In this document: positions 37,493 through 43,949 of the stretch, one piece after another
Numbering within the stretch: position 1 is the first letter of the stretch
Layout: each line of letters starts with the position of its first letter
Source of the DNA: Clostridiales bacterium UBA1779
GTDB taxonomy: Bacteria; Bacillota; Clostridia; Oscillospirales; CAG-272
DNA length: 43,949 nt
Assembly (NCBI GenBank): GCA_002314565.1
Contig: DCGL01000010.1
Span: 1-43,949 of the forward strand
Direction: 5' to 3'
Program-made: the position numbers and the translations under genes
The notes under the pieces: generated by a model
Told to the model about the DNA's origin: nothing
Database searches by the model: none
What the model saw: the letters and a program-made list of their open reading frames with translations, nothing else

Positions 37493-37560
37493 TGGCACGG
37501 CGCAGCCGTGACGGATGAGGCTTTCATATGTTCAAACATAATAAGCTCAGACACGAAAAA

Positions 37561-37587
37561 AGGTCGCAGCCCGTAGGGCAGCGACCT
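37561..37587 (-). terminator. rplL intrinsic terminator
   Basis: AGGTCGCAGCCC gta GGGCAGCGACCT hairpin. On the minus strand it is followed by a T-run. Confidence 0.85.
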
Positions 37588-37626
37588 TTTTCCGAACAGA
37601 CAGGATTTTTCAGAGTTCGGACGAAA

Positions 37627-38007
37627 TTACTTGATTTCGACAGTAGCGCCGGCTTCTGTGAGCTGAGCCTTGAGAGCTTCAGCATCAGCCTTGGATACGC
37701 CTTCCTTAAGTGTCTTGGGAGCACCCTCAACGAGTTCCTTTGCTTCCTTAAGGCCGAGACCGGTGATTTCACGGACAACCTTGATAACACCGAGCTTGTT
37801 GGCACCGAAGCTTGCGAGAACGACGTCGAATTCGGTCTTCTCTTCAGCAGCAGCGGGAGCGGCAGCAGCACCGGCAGCAGCACCGGCTGTGATGTTAGCA
37901 GCGGAAACTCCGAAAGCTTCCTCAGCGGCAGATACGAGATCTGCGAGTTCAAGAATAGTCAGACCCTTGATTTCCTCAAGGATAGCTGTAATTTTTTCAC
38001 TTGCCAT
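37627..38007 (-). CDS. rplL: 50S ribosomal protein L7/L12
   Basis: [25 protein letters not shown], an Ala-rich hinge, and [22 protein letters not shown]. Confidence 0.98.
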   Translation of the reverse strand: MASEKITAILEEIKGLTILELADLVSAAEEAFGVSAANITAGAAAGAAAAPAAAEEKTEFDVVLASFGANKLGVIKVVREITGLGLKEAKELVEGAPKTLKEGVSKADAEALKAQLTEAGATVEIK

Positions 38008-38061
38008 AATAAAATGACCTCCTGGTATATTAAATCAGTAATCAGATGCTCGAAGCCAAAA

Positions 38062-38595
38062 TCAGGCTTCGGCGGGAGCTGCTTCTTCGGCAGCGGGAGC
38101 TGTCTCGCCGGCCTTGGCAGCCTGATCGAGAACGTAAACGAAATTGACGAGCGGAGAGCGGATTGTAACGAGAAGCTGTGTGATAAGAGTTTCCTTGCTG
38201 GGGATGGCTGCAAGCTTTTCTACGGCAGCAGTGTCAATGACGGCACCGTCAACGTAGCCTGCGAGCAGCTTGAAGGATTCAATCTTATCAGCATACTCTT
38301 TGAGAATCTTGGCGGGAGCAACGGCGTCATTTTCGCTGACTGCAATTGCTGTCATACCGTTAAGATACTGCTTCATATCGCCGTAGCCGCAGTTTTCACA
38401 AGCTCTGCCGGTGATGGAGTTCTTGAAAACGTGGTAAGAAACGCCTGCTTCACGCAGTGCCTTACGCATCTTCGTATCGTCCTCAACGGTGATGCCCTGA
38501 TAATTTACAACAACGCCGGAAACTGAAGCCTTGATCTTCTCGGTCAGTTCGGCGACAACCTGCTGCTTCTGCTCAAGTATAGCTTTGCTGGGCAT
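38062..38595 (-). CDS. rplJ: 50S ribosomal protein L10
   Basis: MPSKAILEQKQQVVAELTEKIKAS start with SD AGGAGGA. The longer ORF reaching 38793 is a non-coding leader read-through. Confidence 0.95.
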   Translation of the reverse strand: MPSKAILEQKQQVVAELTEKIKASVSGVVVNYQGITVEDDTKMRKALREAGVSYHVFKNSITGRACENCGYGDMKQYLNGMTAIAVSENDAVAPAKILKEYADKIESFKLLAGYVDGAVIDTAAVEKLAAIPSKETLITQLLVTIRSPLVNFVYVLDQAAKAGETAPAAEEAAPAEA

Positions 38596-38737
38596 TTTAA
38601 TTCCTCCTGGGTAAAATAAAAATATCCTTCTCCCGCAAAAGACCGAGAAAAGAATACACAAAAGAAAAGTCTTAAATTGTGTTTCACCTCGGCAGGATAG
38701 CATAGCTTTTACGGGAACCTGCTGTCTTTGGATAACG
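38596..38737 (-). promoter_or_regulatory. Probable L10(L12) autoregulatory leader
   Basis: A 140-nt 5' UTR between a consensus promoter and rplJ, containing paired segments (CAGCAGGUUCCCGUAAAAGCUAUGCUAUCCUGCCGAGG). The position matches the known Firmicutes L10 leader. Confidence 0.45.
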
Positions 38738-38743
38738 TGCAGT

Positions 38744-38772
38744 ATTATACTACCATTGCTTTCATTTGTCAA
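38744..38772 (-). promoter_or_regulatory. rplJL promoter
   Basis: Minus strand has TTGACA, a 17-nt spacer and TATAAT, both exact consensus hexamers. Confidence 0.75.
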
Positions 38773-38926
38773 CACTTTTTTTAAAAATATCACAAATATT
38801 TTGTGTTTTTCTTTTGCGTTAATACGCAGTTAACAATGTAGGATTAAAATAATATGATTTTATTATGGGTGTGCTATACACTCGGAAAACGGGCAGAAAG
38901 TGCCTGTTTTATGGGAGTTCTGAATA

Positions 38927-40120
38927 ATGAATAAAGAAAAGAATCGTTCTTTTTTTAAAGAATGGAAAGAAAAACCGGAATCCGTAAAGGCAGCAACCTA
39001 TTTTTCAACGGTTGCGTTTCAGACGCTGATATGCGCACTGTTCTTTATCCTTGCATTTGCATTTTTCTTTGACACAGACTGCGGGTACTTCAGGACCGGC
39101 TCTCTGATACCCTCTGTTGCCTGGGCGTCCCTCTTCGTGTTTGTGCTTTGGGCGGCAAGCTCGGTCTTCTTTATGAAAAACGAAAAATTGCCCGATACCG
39201 TTCCCGCAGACGGACGCATTTCATTTTTTGCCGCCGAGTATCTCGGGTTCATCTGCGGCTTTGACGGACTGTACAGAATAAAGCAGATTATCTCGGAATC
39301 AAGCGAATATCTGACGTTTTTCGATAAAACCTATTTCGGTTCCGATTATGCAGGCTACCGACTTTACAGAGTCAGTTTCATTGTGGATATCGCAACGGCA
39401 GTGTTTTGTTTCGGAACGGCTGCTTACTTCTTTTGTATGTCAGGAAAGGTAAAGCGCAGCGAAGCCAAAGCTCTGCTCGGATTGTTTCCCGTACTTCGCG
39501 CTCTGTCGGGAATAACTCAGGTATATTTTGAACCGAAAATTCCGATGAACACACCGATGAAGATGCTTTGCGAAGCTGCCATGATGGCGTCGGTACTTTT
39601 CTTCCTTGCGGAAATCAGATTCCTTCTCGATGAAAGATATGCAAGACCCGGATGGTATTTTACAGCCGGACTTGTCGGATGCATTGCAAATTTCACTTCC
39701 GGAGCCGCTTTGCTCGTTTTCTACTTTGCAAAGAGCGAAGCTTATTCGGGACAGGTCGGTATTTCCGGAAATGCCGTTTCCGAATTTGTTTCGGGCTGCG
39801 GTGAAATCTGTCTCGAAGCTTTCTTCTGCATCAATATCTTCCTTTATATAATAGCACGCCTGCTTTGCTTCGTCCGCAGACTTGTAAAGGGGGACCTTGC
39901 AGAACAGACGGACGCCTCAGACGGCAGTGAATGCGAACAGAATCCGGAAAACGCCTGTGCCGCAGAAGGTGCTGAAGTCTCTGACGTCTCTGAGAACTGT
40001 AATCCGTCAAGCGCGGATGACGCTCCTGCAGAAGGTACTGAATCCTGTTTACAATCACAGGGCGAGCCGGATGCCGAAAAAACGGAGCAATCCGGAACCG
40101 GTGGCGAAAATGAAAGTTAA
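38927..40120 (+). CDS. Polytopic membrane protein with an acidic Cys-containing C-terminal tail, function unknown
   Basis: About eight hydrophobic helices followed by a D/E/S-rich tail of about 80 aa. SD GGGAG upstream. No motif recognised. Confidence 0.6.
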   Translation: MNKEKNRSFFKEWKEKPESVKAATYFSTVAFQTLICALFFILAFAFFFDTDCGYFRTGSLIPSVAWASLFVFVLWAASSVFFMKNEKLPDTVPADGRISFFAAEYLGFICGFDGLYRIKQIISESSEYLTFFDKTYFGSDYAGYRLYRVSFIVDIATAVFCFGTAAYFFCMSGKVKRSEAKALLGLFPVLRALSGITQVYFEPKIPMNTPMKMLCEAAMMASVLFFLAEIRFLLDERYARPGWYFTAGLVGCIANFTSGAALLVFYFAKSEAYSGQVGISGNAVSEFVSGCGEICLEAFFCINIFLYIIARLLCFVRRLVKGDLAEQTDASDGSECEQNPENACAAEGAEVSDVSENCNPSSADDAPAEGTESCLQSQGEPDAEKTEQSGTGGENES

Positions 40121-40667
40121 TCTCGGTCAGAAGGACAGAAGGGATGCGTCGTATGAACGCATTCTGTGGCTTCATGAAAGAATAAAGAGCGGAAGCTATC
40201 CGAATGCATCAAGACTCGTTGAGAAGTTCGGCATATCGCTGACTCAGGCTCATCGCGATGTAAAGCAGCTCAAGGCGCTCGGGGCTCCTGCTGTTTTTGA
40301 CAAGGTACGTGCCGGCTTCAGATACGGCGGCGAATACGAACTGCCGGACAGCTTCAGGGAAGATGATACGGAAAACAGTCTTCAGGCCATTGCTCTTGCC
40401 GAAGAGGCTCTCGGCGGAAGCGTTCAGATGAGAATTCCTTATACGGCTGAAATTGAACTTGACAGCAAGGTTTCTGCGCTTGAACTCGGAAGTTACATCG
40501 TCGGAAGAAATTCAAAGAAGGGGACGTTTATCTGTGAATTCAGAAATCCGGACCTTTTTGCCGGGATGCTCGTTGCCTGCGGGCAGAGAGTCCGCGTCGT
40601 CTCTCCGGACTGGTTCCGTGAGAAGCTCATCGGCAGATGCGAAGCGCTTATTGAAACCAACAAATGA
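40110..40667 (+). CDS. Short YafY/PafBC-like HTH transcriptional regulator (HTH plus C-terminal WCX-like domain, no WYL domain)
   Basis: The internal ATG at 40110 overlaps the upstream stop by 11 nt. The HTH YERILWLHERIKSGSYPNASRLVEKFGISLTQAHRDVKQLKALGAP resembles the DeoR/HTH_11 heads of YafY-type regulators. The C-terminus VRVVSPDWFREKL is WCX-like. Confidence 0.55.
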   Translation: MKVNLGQKDRRDASYERILWLHERIKSGSYPNASRLVEKFGISLTQAHRDVKQLKALGAPAVFDKVRAGFRYGGEYELPDSFREDDTENSLQAIALAEEALGGSVQMRIPYTAEIELDSKVSALELGSYIVGRNSKKGTFICEFRNPDLFAGMLVACGQRVRVVSPDWFREKLIGRCEALIETNK

Positions 40668-40720
40668 AAACTACGTGCCGTCAACTTGCCGCAAAATTTT
40701 GTTTGTGAAATGAAACTCGT

Positions 40721-40762
40721 AGGCTGAAAATCCGGAATTCCGGCTTTTCGGCCTCCTTTTTT
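40721..40762 (+). terminator. Intrinsic terminator
   Basis: AGGCTGAAAATCCGG aatt CCGGCTTTTCGGCCT (2 mismatches) followed by CCTTTTTT. Confidence 0.8.
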
Positions 40763-40802
40763 CAAAAAAATAAAAAAATATCTGAAAAAAATAAAAAAAA
40801 TC

Positions 40803-40831
40803 TTGCAATATTATATTGTTTGTGATATAAT
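40803..40831 (+). promoter_or_regulatory. S10-operon promoter
   Basis: TTGCAA, 17-nt spacer, TGaTATAAT (extended -10), preceded by 40 nt of A-tracts. Confidence 0.7.
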
Positions 40832-40837
40832 AGGCGA

Positions 40838-41198
40838 GCTTGATGTGCGAAGAAATGCGTTGAAGCGAAAGGTTGCCGCCCTGAACAGCGGGTAATTTTC
40901 GCCGAGAAGTGCGGGACAGGGCCCTGAACAGCCCGTGATTCCGTGCGATAACTGAAGCACTTTGGCCCCGTTCGGCTGATGTTCATAGGCTGAAATGCGG
41001 GTTCCGGAAAAGATTCCGTATGATCCGAAGTCCGACTCTGCGACGGCAGACAAGGGTTTCGGCTTTTGTATGGAAAAGGAACGGAACGCCCGAGACGGTG
41101 GTTAAAAGATTGCTCAATTGCCTCCGAGACGCGGTTCGCAAACGGCTACATTAATTATATGACGCGCGAGAAACGCGGAAAAGAAGGAGGAAATATCC
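40838..41198 (+). promoter_or_regulatory. Long structured 5' leader of the S10 operon
   Basis: About 360 nt lie between the promoter and rpsJ with no credible ORF. Twin hairpins at 40876-40891 and 40919-40934 share the loop CCUGAACA. Further hairpins lie near 41024-41062 and 41163-41178. Confidence 0.5.
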
Positions 41199-41507
41199 AT
41201 GGCAGCAAAAACCATCAGAATTCGTCTGAAGAGCTACGACCACACCCTCATCGATGCAGCAGCAAAGAAAATCATTGACGTTGCAAAGAAGAACGGATGC
41301 GAAGTTTCAGGACCCGTACCGCTTCCCACCGAGAAGGAAATCGTAACAATTCTGAGAGCTGTTCACAAGTACAAGGATTCCCGTGAACAGTTCGAACTTC
41401 GCAACCACAAGAGACTTATTGATGTTAAGAACGCCAATGAGAAGTTCGCAAGCGAAATCATGAACATCGAACTTCCCGCCGGTGTTGACATCGAAGTCAA
41501 GGGTTAA
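41199..41507 (+). CDS. rpsJ: 30S ribosomal protein S10
   Basis: [17 protein letters not shown] and RLIDV motifs. SD GAAGGAGG upstream. Confidence 0.98.
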   Translation: MAAKTIRIRLKSYDHTLIDAAAKKIIDVAKKNGCEVSGPVPLPTEKEIVTILRAVHKYKDSREQFELRNHKRLIDVKNANEKFASEIMNIELPAGVDIEVKG

Positions 41508-41619
41508 TTTAATTTAGTTTCCAATCAGCAAGTCCCGAAGAGGGAGCTTGCCGGTCAAGTTGGCGTAATTCCGAAAGGAAAAATCCAAAGCGTCAACCAA
41601 TAACCTGCAGGAGGAAAAA

Positions 41620-42252
41620 ATGAAGAAGGGTATTATCGGAAAGAAGATCGGAATGACTCAGATTTTCGACGAAAGCGGAAATGCCATTCCGGTAACGGTA
41701 ATCCAGGCTGGTCCCTGCACAGTGTCGCAGAGAAAGACAGCTGAAAAGGACGGCTACGAAGCCGTTCAGCTCGGTTTTGAGGATGCTAAAGAAAAGCATT
41801 CAACAAAGGCCGAAATCGGACACTTCAAGAAAAACGGACTCACCGTCAAGAAGCATCTGAAGGAATTCCGCCTTGAAGATTGCTCCGGATTCAACGTTGG
41901 TGATGTTGTATCTGTCGAAACCTTCGCCGCCGGCGAAAAAGTCGACGTCACCGGTACAACCAAGGGCCACGGATATTCCGGTGTTATCAAGAGATGGAAC
42001 CACCACAGACTGAGAATGACACACGGCGTAGGCCCTGTACATCGCGAAGTCGGTTCAATGGGTGCTAACTCCAGCCCGTCCCGCGTCTTCAAGAACAAGA
42101 AGATGGCCGGACAGTATGGACACGAACAGGTCACTATCCTCAATCTCAACGTCGTTAAGATTGATGCAGAGAACAACCTGATCGCTATCCGCGGCGCCAT
42201 TCCCGGTGCCAAGGGCGGAATCGTATTCATCCGCGATTCCATCAAGGCGTGA
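41620..42252 (+). CDS. rplC: 50S ribosomal protein L3
   Basis: GIIGKKIGMTQIFDE and GTTKGHGYSGVIKRWN. Confidence 0.98.
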   Translation: MKKGIIGKKIGMTQIFDESGNAIPVTVIQAGPCTVSQRKTAEKDGYEAVQLGFEDAKEKHSTKAEIGHFKKNGLTVKKHLKEFRLEDCSGFNVGDVVSVETFAAGEKVDVTGTTKGHGYSGVIKRWNHHRLRMTHGVGPVHREVGSMGANSSPSRVFKNKKMAGQYGHEQVTILNLNVVKIDAENNLIAIRGAIPGAKGGIVFIRDSIKA

Positions 42253-42271
42253 GTAGAGGAGGAAAAGACAG

Positions 42272-42928
42272 ATGCCAAACGTAAAAGTATTTGATATGGC
42301 CGGCAAGGAAGTCGGCGAAATCGCTCTCTCCGAGAAAATCTTCGGAGCAGAGGTAAACGGTGCAGTCCTCCATTCCGCAGTCAGAGCTTACCTGCTCAAC
42401 CAGAGACAGGGTACACAGTCGACACTGACCCGCACAGAAGTCAGCGGCGGCGGAAGAAAGCCCTGGAGACAGAAGGGAACAGGAAGAGCCCGTCAGGGTT
42501 CCACCAGATCCCCTCAGTGGATTCACGGCGGAGTTGCCCTGGGTCCCAAGCCCCGTACATACCGCACTGACCTGAACAAGAAGACAAAGAGAGTCGCTCT
42601 CTTCTCAGCTCTTTCAGACAAGGTTGCCGAAGGCAATCTCATTGTTCTCGATGAGTGCAAGCTCGACAGCTACAAGACAGCCGCCATGGCCAAGATGTTC
42701 CGCGATTTCGGTTTCCGCAAGGAAAACGGCAAGGACGCCAAGGCTCTGCTGGTACTGCCCGAAGCTGACAAGTTCATCGTAGGAAGCGTTCGCAACATTC
42801 CTACAGCCGTTGCTACTCTTTACAGCACAATCAACGTATACGAAGTAGTCAACGCAGAAAAGCTCGTCATTACCCGTGCCGCAGTTGAAAAACTGACTGC
42901 CGTATATGACAAGGAGGATCAGGACTAA
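42272..42928 (+). CDS. rplD: 50S ribosomal protein L4
   Basis: RKPWRQKGTGRARQGS motif, in S10-operon order. Confidence 0.98.
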   Translation: MPNVKVFDMAGKEVGEIALSEKIFGAEVNGAVLHSAVRAYLLNQRQGTQSTLTRTEVSGGGRKPWRQKGTGRARQGSTRSPQWIHGGVALGPKPRTYRTDLNKKTKRVALFSALSDKVAEGNLIVLDECKLDSYKTAAMAKMFRDFGFRKENGKDAKALLVLPEADKFIVGSVRNIPTAVATLYSTINVYEVVNAEKLVITRAAVEKLTAVYDKEDQD

Positions 42929-43224
42929 TGGAAAAGAATATTTATGATATTATCATCAGCCCGGTCATCACTGAAGCCAGCATGGACATGATGGAAGGCA
43001 AGAGATATGTCTTCAAGGTTATGCCTTCAGCTACAAAGCCCGAGATTGCCAAGGCTGTTGAAGCAGTTTTCGGCGTAAAGGTCAAGTCCGTTAACACAAT
43101 GAACGTAAACGGCAAAGAAAAGAGAGTCCGCTATCAGGCCGGTTATACCGCTGCCTGGAAGAAAGCAATCGTAACCCTCACTGAGGATTCCAAGACCATC
43201 GCTTTCTTCGACGGTCTTAACTGA
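42928..43224 (+). CDS. rplW: 50S ribosomal protein L23
   Basis: IIISPVITEAS and VFKVMPSATKPEIAKAVE. The start overlaps the rplD stop (TAATG). Confidence 0.97.
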   Translation: MEKNIYDIIISPVITEASMDMMEGKRYVFKVMPSATKPEIAKAVEAVFGVKVKSVNTMNVNGKEKRVRYQAGYTAAWKKAIVTLTEDSKTIAFFDGLN

Positions 43225-43242
43225 TGGTAGGAGGAAAGAATA

Positions 43243-43949
43243 ATGCCTACAATGAAGTATAAACCGACGACTCCCTCGAGACGTCATATGAGCGTCCCGT
43301 CCTTCGAGGAGCTGACAAAGTTCACTCCCGAGAAGAGCCTGATCGTTATCAAGAAGAAGAATGCCGGCCGCAATGCCAACGGCAAAATCACCGTCCGTCA
43401 CAGAGGCGGCGGAAACAAACTCAAGTACAGAATCATCGACTACCGCAGACTCGACACTGAGGCTGCCACCGTTGTCGGTATCGAGTACGACCCCAACCGT
43501 TCCGCTTACATCGCCCTCCTTCAGTCCGAATCCGGAAAGAAGAGCTACATCATTGCCCCCGTCGGACTTAACGCCGGTGACAAGATTTACTCCGGAGCCG
43601 AAGCCGATATCAAGCCCGGCAACACACTGCCTATCGCCAATATCCCCGTCGGTACCTACATTCACAACATTGAGCTTTATCCCGGCAAGGGCGGACAGCT
43701 TGTAAGATCCGCCGGTGCTGCTGCTCAGCTGGTTTCCAAGGAAGACGGCGTCGCTATGATCCGTCTGCCCTCAGGTGAAGTCAGAACAGTTGCCCTGAAC
43801 TGCAAGGCCACAATCGGCCAGGTCGGCAACATCGAGCACGACACAGTCAAGGCCGGCAAAGCCGGTAAGACAAGACACAAGGGCTTCCGTCCCACAGTCC
43901 GCGGTTCAGTCATGAACCCCTGCGATCACCCTCACGGTGGTGGTGAAGG
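43243..43949 (+). CDS. rplB: 50S ribosomal protein L2 (partial, runs off the 3' edge)
   Basis: ATG at 43243 with SD GGAGGA. The translation [17 protein letters not shown]...[16 protein letters not shown]...[16 protein letters not shown] stays open to the window end. It is absent from the ORF track because it has no stop. Confidence 0.95.
   Translation, partial: MPTMKYKPTTPSRRHMSVPSFEELTKFTPEKSLIVIKKKNAGRNANGKITVRHRGGGNKLKYRIIDYRRLDTEAATVVGIEYDPNRSAYIALLQSESGKKSYIIAPVGLNAGDKIYSGAEADIKPGNTLPIANIPVGTYIHNIELYPGKGGQLVRSAGAAAQLVSKEDGVAMIRLPSGEVRTVALNCKATIGQVGNIEHDTVKAGKAGKTRHKGFRPTVRGSVMNPCDHPHGGGE

Noticed and set aside
37528-38526. 332-aa plus-strand ORF (and 37670-38017) opposite rplL/rplJ
   Set aside because: It is antisense to highly conserved ribosomal protein genes. 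It is a low-complexity Ser/Gly/Cys translation of their complement.
38596-38793. N-terminal 66-aa extension of the rplJ ORF
   Set aside because: The conserved L10 N-terminus starts at MPSKAIL with a perfect SD. The extension covers the promoter and leader.
39897-40109. Upstream 71-aa extension of the HTH regulator ORF
   Set aside because: It lies out of frame over the tail of the membrane-protein gene and has an Arg/Lys-rich nonsense composition. The ATG at 40110 gives a regulator beginning just before its HTH.
41066-41278. 70-aa ORF spanning the S10 leader into rpsJ, and the 80-aa minus-strand ORF 40811-41053
   Set aside because: There is no SD. One overlaps rpsJ out of frame, and the other lies across promoter and leader hairpins.
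43027-43665. 212-aa minus-strand ORF opposite rplW/rplB
   Set aside because: It is a shadow of ribosomal protein genes. The sense frames carry unmistakable L23 and L2 motifs.

Overview
This is a chromosomal segment from a Firmicutes/Clostridia organism, probably Ruminococcus- or Oscillospiraceae-like given the cohesin/dockerin proteins and gene order. Most of it is core housekeeping. It runs dnaK(end)-dnaJ-prmA, a membrane protein/FAD-oxidoreductase pair, and a deoC-deoD-deoB nucleoside salvage operon in which deoB is fused to cdd. It then has a reduced dcw cluster (mraZ-rsmH-ftsL-pbp-murF-mraY-ftsW-murG-ftsQ-ftsZ), a nucleoside hydrolase, a GH20 hexosaminidase, rplJ-rplL on the minus strand, and the start of the S10 operon (rpsJ-rplC-rplD-rplW-rplB). 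No tRNA, rRNA, CRISPR array, transposase or integrase was recognised. Five regions are not explained by ordinary annotation. (1) At 12.4-17.6 kb, a strongly promoted three-gene cluster encodes secreted cohesin/dockerin proteins with no catalytic domain, built largely from about 20 copies of a short Cys-x(7-11)-Cys-x2-Cys...His module. (2) A 560-bp non-coding insert lies inside the dcw operon between pbp and murF. It consists of ten head-to-tail 23-bp repeats that start on the pbp stop codon, followed by about 270 nt of GC-rich stacked hairpins that may be a structured RNA. (3) A leader of about 360 nt precedes rpsJ and contains twin hairpins with identical loops and compensatory stem changes. 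(4) A 1209-aa LTD-PHP-LTD protein has a C-terminal membrane anchor and no signal peptide. (5) A membrane protein is translationally coupled to a short HTH regulator. Function calls rest on motif recognition by eye in the supplied translations. No database search was run.
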